Shown: piece by piece, positions 56,070 to 64,000 of the stretch
Layout: every line of letters starts with the position of its first letter
Position numbering within the stretch: the stretch's first letter is position 1
Virus record (IMG/VR): IMGVR_UViG_3300028888_005256
Source of the DNA: a virus
Lineage: Duplodnaviria; Heunggongvirae; Uroviricota; Caudoviricetes
Strand: one strand, 5' to 3'
Length of the DNA: 64,000 nt
Translations under genes and position numbers: made by a program
Notes under the pieces: model-generated
What the model saw: the letters and a program-made list of their open reading frames with translations, nothing else
Told to the model about the DNA's origin: nothing
Databases searched by the model: none

Positions 56070-56915
56070 TTGATTAGCTTATACAATAAAAATTGTTTTG
56101 ATGTGATGAAGTCTTTGAAGAATGCTTCAGTAAAAATGATTTTTGCAGACCCACCATACGGCATATCAATTCAGTCTAAGAAGCAAAATACAGAGTGGGA
56201 CGATCTCTCTGACAAAGATCTTTCCAATCTTCTAAACAATTTACTGTCTGAAGCAGAAAGACTTCTCACAGAAGATGGTGTTCTTTGGATGTGCTATGGT
56301 CCCACTAAACAAGCAATTGTAGATTCAGTTATTGAGAACTCTAATCTGCTAGAGATCAAAGAACTTCACTCTTACTACACAAGACAAAAAGGAAGAGGCG
56401 CTAAGACAAAACTTAAGTCTTTGAGAGAAGACATTGTTTGTCTTGCAAAGAAAAACTTTAGACCAAACTTTAGCAGAATTAAAGAGCTTGCAAAATCTAG
56501 AAAAGAAAATGATCTTCCTGTTGGTCATGCATTAGATATTTTTACAAGCAAAAGAGTTCCTGTATACAGCTCTATTGGAAATTGTTTCTTCTATACAACG
56601 CCTTCTTATGTGAATGTAAGTGAAAGACAGATACACACATGCCAGAAGCCAGTAATGCTCATTCATGATTTGATTGAATTGTCTACTGAAGATAAAGACT
56701 TGATTCTAGATCCTTTTGCAGGCTCTTGTGCAAGTGCTATTGCAGCAAGTCTTTCTGGAAGAGACTATATTGGATGCGAAATGGATTCAGACATGTTTGC
56801 AAAGTCTAAAGAATGGGTAGAAGAATTTACCGACATGTCTTCAAGAGTTTATGCAGGCTTGTCTAAATTTTCTGACTGTCCTTTTGCTGATCCCGACGTC
56901 AAATGTTTTTTGTAG
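56070..56915 (+). CDS. DNA methyltransferase, DPPY (N6-adenine or N4-cytosine), beta-class motif order
   Basis: Motif IV IFADPPYG precedes motif I LDPFAGSCAS. TTG start after AAGGAAA (ATG 56109 is an alternative start). No nuclease partner nearby. Confidence 0.8.
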   Translation: MISLYNKNCFDVMKSLKNASVKMIFADPPYGISIQSKKQNTEWDDLSDKDLSNLLNNLLSEAERLLTEDGVLWMCYGPTKQAIVDSVIENSNLLEIKELHSYYTRQKGRGAKTKLKSLREDIVCLAKKNFRPNFSRIKELAKSRKENDLPVGHALDIFTSKRVPVYSSIGNCFFYTTPSYVNVSERQIHTCQKPVMLIHDLIELSTEDKDLILDPFAGSCASAIAASLSGRDYIGCEMDSDMFAKSKEWVEEFTDMSSRVYAGLSKFSDCPFADPDVKCFL

Positions 56916-57435
56916 CTGCAGACATTGCATCTGAAAAAGAATCACTATCAAAAACTTTTGCAAAGAAGTTGTTTGGCTTGTCTTCTTCAATATTATGATT
57001 TACTCTTTTGTACTCAAGATACTTAATCAAGTTACTGTACAAATCTTCTTCTAAAGAACATGAAGCAATCTCTACAGTTTCAGTGTTTATAGAAATAAGA
57101 GCTTCTTCAAACCATCTTGTATTTGACGACATAACAGAAACATTGCTCTTGAAGAAAGAGATCTGACAAGTATTCTTTGCGTCCACTACAGCAAAAATCG
57201 GATATGTCAAGCCCATTTCTGCAAATTCAGCATCTAGACTGAATTTCAAAAAGTATCGTACTTTTTTCTTATTGTCTATAGAGTCTACATTAGCGCTTGC
57301 TTCGAAGTCTAGATTGTCAAGCAAAAGAACTACATGTTCTAAAAATGCTTTTGAATGCACTACTTCTGTAAAGCTCACATTTTTGAATTTTGATTTGATC
57401 TCTAAATCTTTTACAAAATCAGATAGCTTGCTCAT
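56899..57435 (-). CDS. hypothetical protein
   Basis: 178 aa; convergent with the methyltransferase gene. Confidence 0.4.
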   Translation of the reverse strand: MSKLSDFVKDLEIKSKFKNVSFTEVVHSKAFLEHVVLLLDNLDFEASANVDSIDNKKKVRYFLKFSLDAEFAEMGLTYPIFAVVDAKNTCQISFFKSNVSVMSSNTRWFEEALISINTETVEIASCSLEEDLYSNLIKYLEYKRVNHNIEEDKPNNFFAKVFDSDSFSDAMSAATKNI

Positions 57436-57601
57436 TCTATTTCCCTCTTTTCTTTACTTGCTTGTTGTACTCTGTAGCAGCTTTGCCTAGGTTTATTCTA
57501 GCTCGTTGCGAGCCAGTCTTCAAAAATTCTATAGCTGCTTCTAGAAGCTTTAATGACAGTGGGTACAAAGCTTTATAGTCTTCTTCTTTCATAAAAGAAA
57601 A

Positions 57602-57805
57602 TTAACTTTTTGAAAGAGCGTCTTTTATCAGAAGAGAGATTCCAATAAGAACATTAAGAATCATCAAGATTCCGATAATGAACGTAACAAAATAGCCAGC
57701 TCCAAAAGCTAATCTTTCATAAGAAGCTTTAGCAAGCAAAAGCGCCACGAACAATGCAAATGAGTAAAATATTGCATGTATAGCAAAGCTTTTCTCATCA
57801 ATCAA
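57602..57805 (-). CDS. small membrane protein (67 aa)
   Basis: Two hydrophobic helices. Confidence 0.3.
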   Translation of the reverse strand: MIDEKSFAIHAIFYSFALFVALLLAKASYERLAFGAGYFVTFIIGILMILNVLIGISLLIKDALSKS

Positions 57806-57817
57806 ATAATACTCTCA

Positions 57818-58006
57818 CTACAAATCTAATCTTTTTACTGCTTCTTGCAGATTACAATACGGACATAATCTTACTTTGTAAAGTGTTTTAGTCTTAGGAC
57901 TGTTGTACTGCTCTCTTCGTATGTATCTATAGTAGTAAGACCTTCCACAGCAGTCACACATCTCATATTCTTCAGGTTTAGGTTCTTCTATTTTATCGTT
58001 TGACAT
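57818..58006 (-). CDS. small zinc-ribbon protein (62 aa)
   Basis: CDCC...CPYC four-Cys pattern. Confidence 0.35.
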   Translation of the reverse strand: MSNDKIEEPKPEEYEMCDCCGRSYYYRYIRREQYNSPKTKTLYKVRLCPYCNLQEAVKRLDL

Positions 58007-58077
58007 TTTAGTTCTTCTTAGAAAAAAGCTTTTACTAAATAATTAACATACTTATATCTCATAATGGAGAAATTTAC

Positions 58078-59730
58078 ATGGAGAATACAGAATACAATGT
58101 GCCAGAAGTAGAAGAGACTGACTCACAGTACTCTGAAACTGGCAAATATGGTGATGGTGTTCCTACTATTGACAGTTCTGATATTGAAGAAAAAGTAGAA
58201 TCAGATTCTGGCTCTTGGCAGGACGCAATTGAAGAAGCTACTGAAGACAGAATTCAGTACGACTTCTCTGCAGACGATGATGCAGATGACACTACAGAAG
58301 AAAGCACTGCTGAAGCTGGTGATACAGTTGTAGAGCCTTCCCTTGAAGATGTTGTAAAAAGTCGTCTTGAAGACGCAAGGGCAGACATTGTCGAAGATGT
58401 AGACAATATTTTTGCAAACATCATAATGAAGTTCGAAGACGCTGGCGGCTCTTTTGAGAATGAAACAGGCGATGAGCTTGTAAAAAATGCAGAAGAAGAG
58501 TTTGGTGTTGATGATGTTGATTACGGTGACACTGACAACAGCTTTGACAAGGTCGTCGTTCTTAAAGAAGCAGTGATTGCAAAGAGATTAAGAGAAGCTG
58601 AAGGTCTCTTCACTGTTGAAGAGGCTCTTAAGAAAGCTGATAAGAAAGACTGGGATAGAGCTTTGGCACACTACTCTGAGGCTCAAGTTGAAAGCATGTT
58701 CAATAAGATCACTGATCCACGAAAAAGGATTGGTAGAGCAATTGCTTTCTATACTGCATCAATGCTCACTAAAGGCTACACAGCGCATGGGGAATACAAA
58801 TATCTTCGTGGCTTCATTGATCAGTCATCTTTGGATGAGTTTTTCCATGAAGGGGACGGTTACTATGACTCTTGTGAGAAATGCATAGTCGACCTTTGGC
58901 CAAAAGTCAAAGATCTCATTAATGCTTCACCAGAGGCAGTTGGCAAGTTTGAAGAAGCTTATGAAGAAGCTTTGAAGAAGATCGACCAGAAAGCTGCTGA
59001 GAAAAAAGCTGCTGAAATGAAAAAAGCTGCTGAAAAGGCTAAGAAAGAGAAAGAAACTGAATGGCTCAAAAAGCAGTATCAAGCTGCTGGAGCTGCAGTT
59101 TTTCAAGTTTCTAGTGAATGGAATTCCTTTGGCGGTTATATTGGCCAGTATGGAAAAGTTGCATACACACCTTCTGGAAGAAAGATGTCTGATGAAGAAA
59201 TCTATAGAAAAATCCAGAAATACAATGATGAAAACTACTATGAGCCAAAATACTTTGCTGTAGCAGGCTTCCATGGTGGATATGATAGAGACTTTGGTGT
59301 AGAGTACGAAGGCAAAACAATCTATACTCTTGACATTGCAAAAGCTTATGAGGACTACATAAATTACTCAACAGATGGCTATCTGAGCGTCTACAAAATC
59401 TCTAAGAGAATCAAAATGGAAGAATCTCTTGAAGCTGAGAACGAAGATCCTACTTTGACAGATTATCAGAAAGACGTAGTCAAAGAGATGGTCAAATGTG
59501 ATTTTGAATGCGGCAAAACTGAAAACGATTACGATGAGCTTGTAGGACTTCTCAAAGAAGATGAAGACTTTGCTGGTGTAGAATCAGCTGCTGCCGACTA
59601 CTATATGGAACTTTTGGACTACGGCCCTGCAGGCTTCTATGAAGAGTTCAAAGATGAGCTTGACTTCGATCCCGACTTTATTGCTGAGTACGGTGATGAA
59701 GATGACGAAGAAAACTTCGAAGAAGACTAA
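58078..59730 (+). CDS. highly acidic protein (550 aa)
   Basis: TGGAGAAA SD; Asp/Glu-rich N- and C-termini; central KKAAEKKAAEMKKAAEKAKKEKE helix. Confidence 0.5.
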   Translation: MENTEYNVPEVEETDSQYSETGKYGDGVPTIDSSDIEEKVESDSGSWQDAIEEATEDRIQYDFSADDDADDTTEESTAEAGDTVVEPSLEDVVKSRLEDARADIVEDVDNIFANIIMKFEDAGGSFENETGDELVKNAEEEFGVDDVDYGDTDNSFDKVVVLKEAVIAKRLREAEGLFTVEEALKKADKKDWDRALAHYSEAQVESMFNKITDPRKRIGRAIAFYTASMLTKGYTAHGEYKYLRGFIDQSSLDEFFHEGDGYYDSCEKCIVDLWPKVKDLINASPEAVGKFEEAYEEALKKIDQKAAEKKAAEMKKAAEKAKKEKETEWLKKQYQAAGAAVFQVSSEWNSFGGYIGQYGKVAYTPSGRKMSDEEIYRKIQKYNDENYYEPKYFAVAGFHGGYDRDFGVEYEGKTIYTLDIAKAYEDYINYSTDGYLSVYKISKRIKMEESLEAENEDPTLTDYQKDVVKEMVKCDFECGKTENDYDELVGLLKEDEDFAGVESAAADYYMELLDYGPAGFYEEFKDELDFDPDFIAEYGDEDDEENFEED

Positions 59731-59782
59731 TTTCTAAGTAGATGAGGAGACACTAAGTCTCCTCTCAATTTTTGGAGATACT

Positions 59783-59965
59783 ATGGACAAACTTGATTAC
59801 TACACAGAAGAACTTTGTGGAATCTACGAGCTCACAAGAACTGATGAGACACTTACAGACGAAGATGTAAGAAAAGTTTATGAAGCAAAAGACTACGCAG
59901 AAGAAAATAACTGTGAAGAACTTTTGAACTTGGCAAATATTCTTATTGAGAGGATTGAAAAATGA
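59783..59965 (+). CDS. small hypothetical protein (60 aa)
   Basis: TGGAGAT SD. Confidence 0.35.
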   Translation: MDKLDYYTEELCGIYELTRTDETLTDEDVRKVYEAKDYAEENNCEELLNLANILIERIEK

Positions 59966-60258
59966 AAGAATGTACATGCAATTGCAAAGACGGAAAATGC
60001 ACATGTGGTGCTGCAGAAGAGAACTTGAATGTTATCAGAGAATGCGTTCTTGAGGCTTTGAAAGAAGTTGGTGTAAGAGGCTTTCTTAATGTTTTTCTTA
60101 AAGCACCATCTGGAAGACTTTTCCCAGCTCAAGTAGACGGTCGGCAGATCAATACAGCACCTGATGAAAAATCAAAGAATGAAGCTCTTGCAAAAATAAA
60201 TGCAGCTTATCACAAGAACTACACTCTAGACCAATTGGTTTTCCAACCAGCAGCCTAA
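59962..60258 (+). CDS. small Cys-rich protein (MKECTCNCKDGKCTCG)
   Basis: GAGGATTG SD; ATGA overlap with the previous gene; followed by a terminator. Confidence 0.4.
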   Translation: MKECTCNCKDGKCTCGAAEENLNVIRECVLEALKEVGVRGFLNVFLKAPSGRLFPAQVDGRQINTAPDEKSKNEALAKINAAYHKNYTLDQLVFQPAA

Positions 60259-60260
60259 AT

Positions 60261-60298
60261 TAAAAAGCCACTCATTTAGAGTGGCTTATTTTTTTTTT
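60261..60298. terminator. bidirectional intrinsic terminator
   Basis: AAGCCACTC-attta-GAGTGGCTT followed by ATTTTTTTTTT. Confidence 0.75.
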
Positions 60299-60842
60299 AG
60301 AAATAATTGTTGTCTTCATTTCGCTCCAACTCATAATTAAGAGCAAAATGACTTCCTTCAGTAGATGCATACTTCCATCCAAGAAGATTTTCGATTGAAC
60401 TGATCTCTCTAGAATCAATAAGACGAGAGCAAATGTTATTTTCTTTATTTTTGTAGTAAACTAAGATTGTGGGAGAAGACTCTTCACTCAATTTCGGCAG
60501 TTTATAATTTGCAGAATCTACAAAATGAACTTTCTCTTCATCAAAGAAATCACCGTACTTTTTAGAAACTTTTTCTGCATAAAGACGAATTTGTCGAAGA
60601 ATCTTCTCATTCATCTCTTCAAGAGATTTTTTCTCTATTTCACCATTGAATAAGAATACTTGAAATCTTCGTTTTTTAAGAGAAACAAATTCATAAGCTT
60701 CATCACCAATAGACCACCAGAAGTGTGGGATTGGCGTGCAAAGAGGGCTGAATCTTGCGGGTATTGCATGAATCTTTACATTAAGCGGATTTCTAATCCA
60801 TGCTTTTAATGCTTCAATAAGACAATTGCTGTGCATAGTCAT
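60297..60842 (-). CDS. hypothetical protein
   Basis: GGAGG SD; conserved promoter motif upstream. Confidence 0.45.
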   Translation of the reverse strand: MTMHSNCLIEALKAWIRNPLNVKIHAIPARFSPLCTPIPHFWWSIGDEAYEFVSLKKRRFQVFLFNGEIEKKSLEEMNEKILRQIRLYAEKVSKKYGDFFDEEKVHFVDSANYKLPKLSEESSPTILVYYKNKENNICSRLIDSREISSIENLLGWKYASTEGSHFALNYELERNEDNNYF

Positions 60843-60855
60843 TATGTCCTCCTTG

Positions 60856-60880
60856 CTATAATAATATAATAAAAGTTACA
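60856..60880 (-). promoter_or_regulatory. conserved phage promoter motif (CTTTTATTATATTATTATAGC)
   Basis: TATTATATTA motif family member. Confidence 0.5.
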
Positions 60881-61931
60881 TAGTGATTTTAGTTATTATA
60901 CGAGCTATTTTGTAATGATAGTCTGGCCTATAGCTACAAGGGATAATCACCATACCATAATTTGCACTTAAACTGTCTGCTTTTTGTTTGATGGCAGTGT
61001 TTCGTTTATATATTGAGCTGACACCGTCTCTTTTGTACGCATAATCAATTGTACAATCACCCACAGAATCAGCATTTGACGGTAAGACGAACTCTAAAAT
61101 TATAACATTTCTTAGATCTTTTTTTGTGCATTTATAAGGCATATTGAACAATACTTTATTGGGACCAGTTCCAACTGGTATGGCCTCATAAGGACATTGG
61201 TTTATAGAATGAAGAGTGTCACCAAAGCTCAATTTGTTTGTTGAAGTTGGAGAACCAAAACAGAAAGTATTTCTGATGCTATCATATACCAGGTCTGATA
61301 CAGTACTTAGATCTAATGTCACATTCTGATAGAAAACAACATTCTGCAAGCCAGAATAATAATTCTTAAGTTTGTTAAGATCATCTTTGTAGTCAAATAG
61401 CCTGTTGTAAAAGAGTCTTCTATCAGGTCCCTTATAATCTATGGTGTTGCTCCCCCCTTGTTTTCCAGCTACGAATACAGGTGTAGATACTATAAGCAAA
61501 TGTCCGCTAAAGGCAGTTACTGATGTTGCTGTAGCTGTGCTTGAGTTCTCAAGCTTTTTAATGTCTTTATCAACTGTGGGGAACAGGAGTGTTATAGTTA
61601 CATTAGGCAATAATATAAACGGATGAATCGTTGATCCGCCTGCATTTATAATTTTTTGTATGTGGATAGCTTTTGGGTATTTAGTAGAATTTTTGATTGT
61701 GAGCTCTTTTACATAGTAGTTTGGATCTGTAGGACGAGCACTATTGAAAGAACACATAAACGCATAAAAAGATTTTGGCTCATTATATGGATCTGTGATT
61801 TTTACTGTAACTTGCCCATCAAAGGTGGCGTTATCAACAGTTTTACAGCTCTTTCTTATGCATCTGTAGTCAAAAGCATCATAGCTGCTTATTATTCCAT
61901 GAGAAGCAGTGTTGCCAAATTCAATTTGCAT
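60876..61931 (-). CDS. hypothetical protein; N-terminus paralogous to 38216-40342
   Basis: MQIEFGNTA...; 351 aa. Confidence 0.45.
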   Translation of the reverse strand: MQIEFGNTASHGIISSYDAFDYRCIRKSCKTVDNATFDGQVTVKITDPYNEPKSFYAFMCSFNSARPTDPNYYVKELTIKNSTKYPKAIHIQKIINAGGSTIHPFILLPNVTITLLFPTVDKDIKKLENSSTATATSVTAFSGHLLIVSTPVFVAGKQGGSNTIDYKGPDRRLFYNRLFDYKDDLNKLKNYYSGLQNVVFYQNVTLDLSTVSDLVYDSIRNTFCFGSPTSTNKLSFGDTLHSINQCPYEAIPVGTGPNKVLFNMPYKCTKKDLRNVIILEFVLPSNADSVGDCTIDYAYKRDGVSSIYKRNTAIKQKADSLSANYGMVIIPCSYRPDYHYKIARIITKITM

Positions 61932-61976
61932 AAAAAATTAGTTTCATCTGCAAAAATCTAAGAAAACTAATTTTTT

Positions 61977-63248
61977 ATGCAAATTTCTATAGATCTGTCA
62001 AACAATGAATTGCCAGCAGGCATGACATTGCTACATGAAAACGTAGTTGACAAGCTTAAAGAGCATGAACAAATAGAGTGGAAAGACACTCTTAAAGAGC
62101 TAAACCCAAAAAGTCCCGCTTCAGTGGGCGTGTCATCTGCAATTGTGCTGAACGGCTTTGTAAAATCTATAGATGTCAGAAACTGGGTAGTGAAGAAGTT
62201 TGAGAAAAAGACTGATGACTTTGTAGAATGGGTAGATAATACTCTTATAAAAGACAATTTAGAGAACTTTGCAAATGTCTGGTGGGACAAAGGCATTGAC
62301 TACTACAATAAGAAAATTGAAGAGAAGACAGGCATAAAGAATGCATTTTCAAGCTTCAAGTTAAATCTTGGCTACTCTAACAAAGAATGGGCGATCATAG
62401 GTGATTTGAAAGCTTTAGCTGCAGAAGATGAGATGAAGTATAATGCAGCGCATCCAAGCAAATCTACATGGAACAGACGAGTGTTCCCTTTAAAAAAAGT
62501 TGTGCCACCTGACAAAAAGTTCACAAATAAAGCTGTACAGGCTCTTATAGATGCAGGACCAGATTCAATGTCTCACATGTTTGATGTCTTTTTCTATGTA
62601 GACCAAGCATCTATTGGACGAGCAGGATATGATGCATCTAAAGAAACAGATAAAGAAATTACAAATCAGATTATTCTGTCTTCAAGAATTCTATCTATAG
62701 AAATACCAAACTATCTTATAGACGAATATGATGAGATTCTTCCAGTGGGCGCTATCAAAAAAGGTGCATCGACAGTGTCTTTTGAGAATAAGTCTTCTTT
62801 CTCATTTAGAGTTGACAATGACTTCATAATAAAAGATATGTTTGACGCATATAGTCTCACATCTTGGAAAATAGACTCTAACGGAACACTCAATAGTTCA
62901 GAGCCAGTCCCATATTCTTTTGCAAGAAAATGTGGAAGAAGCAGTAAAGGCAAGCTTACTATCATAGTAAAAAGAGCTACGCCTACGCCAGCTACAGGCA
63001 ATACATTTGTGTCTGACAACATAAAAAAAGCTATGGGACCATTTTTTAATTTTGATAATAGTACTGATGTGAGTCCTTCTGAAGAAGCTACCATGTCTCA
63101 GTACTTGAATGATTGGTTTGTGTTTGAAGATGTAAAGATTCTTGGTTCTGATGGACCAATTTCTTTTACTAGAGATGATGCAAACACTTCAAGTCTTACT
63201 GAAGAGTTTATTTTCAAAAGATTCTATAGATTTACTTCAAGAGGATAA
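61977..63248 (+). CDS. hypothetical protein
   Basis: 423 aa; weak RBS. Confidence 0.45.
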   Translation: MQISIDLSNNELPAGMTLLHENVVDKLKEHEQIEWKDTLKELNPKSPASVGVSSAIVLNGFVKSIDVRNWVVKKFEKKTDDFVEWVDNTLIKDNLENFANVWWDKGIDYYNKKIEEKTGIKNAFSSFKLNLGYSNKEWAIIGDLKALAAEDEMKYNAAHPSKSTWNRRVFPLKKVVPPDKKFTNKAVQALIDAGPDSMSHMFDVFFYVDQASIGRAGYDASKETDKEITNQIILSSRILSIEIPNYLIDEYDEILPVGAIKKGASTVSFENKSSFSFRVDNDFIIKDMFDAYSLTSWKIDSNGTLNSSEPVPYSFARKCGRSSKGKLTIIVKRATPTPATGNTFVSDNIKKAMGPFFNFDNSTDVSPSEEATMSQYLNDWFVFEDVKILGSDGPISFTRDDANTSSLTEEFIFKRFYRFTSRG

Positions 63249-63253
63249 TGTTT

Positions 63254-64000
63254 ATGGACATTAAGATAGACAACAGCTTAGGATTCCATGTATCTCTAGA
63301 TAGCATAAAAGCTTCAAAAATTGTGAGTTCTGAGAATCTCCAAGTCAGAGATGTTGCTATAGACAGAAACTACTCTTTTTTCGACTTTTCTATAGAACTT
63401 GATGATGAGACAAAAGACAATTACTTGAAGCCAAGAGCTTTGCAGGATATTTTCAAAGTCTATGACAAGAGCTTCTACACTTTAGACAAAGTAGAGTCTG
63501 ACACATTGTACAGCACACTGATGACTCAAGATATCAAGACAACTACTTCAGTCTCTAATATCAAGATACATGTGCCGAAGCAGTCATTCGCTGTCTCACC
63601 AAGCATAAGAATGATGAATAAGTTCGAATCTAATAATGAGCTTGTGTCTATGGAAAATAAAGAAGAGTGGGCGAAAGTAGACACTTGGAAGGAATTCGCA
63701 GCGACTTTAAAAGAAGAGTTCGGCGGCATACAGAAGTGGAAAGACTTGTCTACAGAAGTAGGTCATTTTACTCTTAATGCATTCAAAGATGTTTTAGTAA
63801 GCTGGCTTAATGATGCGTCTGTAGATGATTTTCTCAATGATACTTATAAGTCTCAAAGAAGTGCCAAGACTGGTGCAGAAGCTTTAGAAAAGTCTCTTAA
63901 AACAGAATACGTAATACATACTCCACTTTCTGCATTAAGTGAAGTCTCAGCAATGCACAACCCAGTGTGGACTTTAGTCAATCAAAAGCAAGATTTGATG
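63254..64000 (+). CDS. hypothetical protein, 3'-truncated by the window edge
   Basis: AGGAT RBS, ATG 63254; open through position 64000 by manual translation. Absent from the track because no stop codon falls inside the window. Confidence 0.45.
   Translation, partial: MDIKIDNSLGFHVSLDSIKASKIVSSENLQVRDVAIDRNYSFFDFSIELDDETKDNYLKPRALQDIFKVYDKSFYTLDKVESDTLYSTLMTQDIKTTTSVSNIKIHVPKQSFAVSPSIRMMNKFESNNELVSMENKEEWAKVDTWKEFAATLKEEFGGIQKWKDLSTEVGHFTLNAFKDVLVSWLNDASVDDFLNDTYKSQRSAKTGAEALEKSLKTEYVIHTPLSALSEVSAMHNPVWTLVNQKQDLM

Overview
This 64-kb window is an AT-rich (about one-third GC by eye), gene-dense fragment of a large tailed dsDNA bacteriophage genome. It holds roughly 70 protein-coding genes in alternating strand blocks, no rRNA or tRNA genes and no CRISPR array. 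Strong AGGAGG-type Shine-Dalgarno sequences precede most genes, and there are many intrinsic terminators. The strong Shine-Dalgarno usage suggests a host that uses SD-dependent initiation, so a Bacteroidetes-type host seems unlikely. Genes recognisable from motifs: SNF2-family helicase (1766-3661), DnaG-like primase (9566-10789), GroEL/Cpn60 chaperonin (14017-15687), probable portal (16661-18820), large terminase (20162-22534), MoxR-type AAA+ ATPase (27453-28820), putative major capsid protein with a strong bidirectional terminator (29051-30823), lipid-anchored SPFH/band-7 protein, a compact ThiC/BzaF-family enzyme beside a NADAR (YbiA-like) protein, a nucleic-acid end-repair-like set (P-loop kinase, two calcineurin-like phosphoesterases, a KxEG nucleotidyltransferase/ligase, a second AAA ATPase), trimeric dUTPase, a DPPY DNA methyltransferase, an HNH nuclease and two very large fibre-like structural proteins (1478 and 943 aa). 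The most unusual features are non-coding: (1) a family of six bipartite conserved intergenic elements (24-mer AAATTTAAATTAATAATTAATAGC, then a 32-48 nt hypervariable C-rich core, then 22-mer CCATTAATAGTTGACGAATTCG), three in tandem at 13.27-13.63 kb and all oriented the same way relative to the gene they precede; (2) a GC-rich, highly structured ~300-nt non-coding region at 22.86-23.16 kb driven by a phage-specific promoter motif, containing a duplicated stem-loop module with compensatory base changes; (3) a second conserved promoter class (TTTTCTnTATTATATTAnTAT) found seven times. Many ORF-track starts appear over-extended (TTG starts); I moved these to ATG codons with good ribosome-binding sites where justified.
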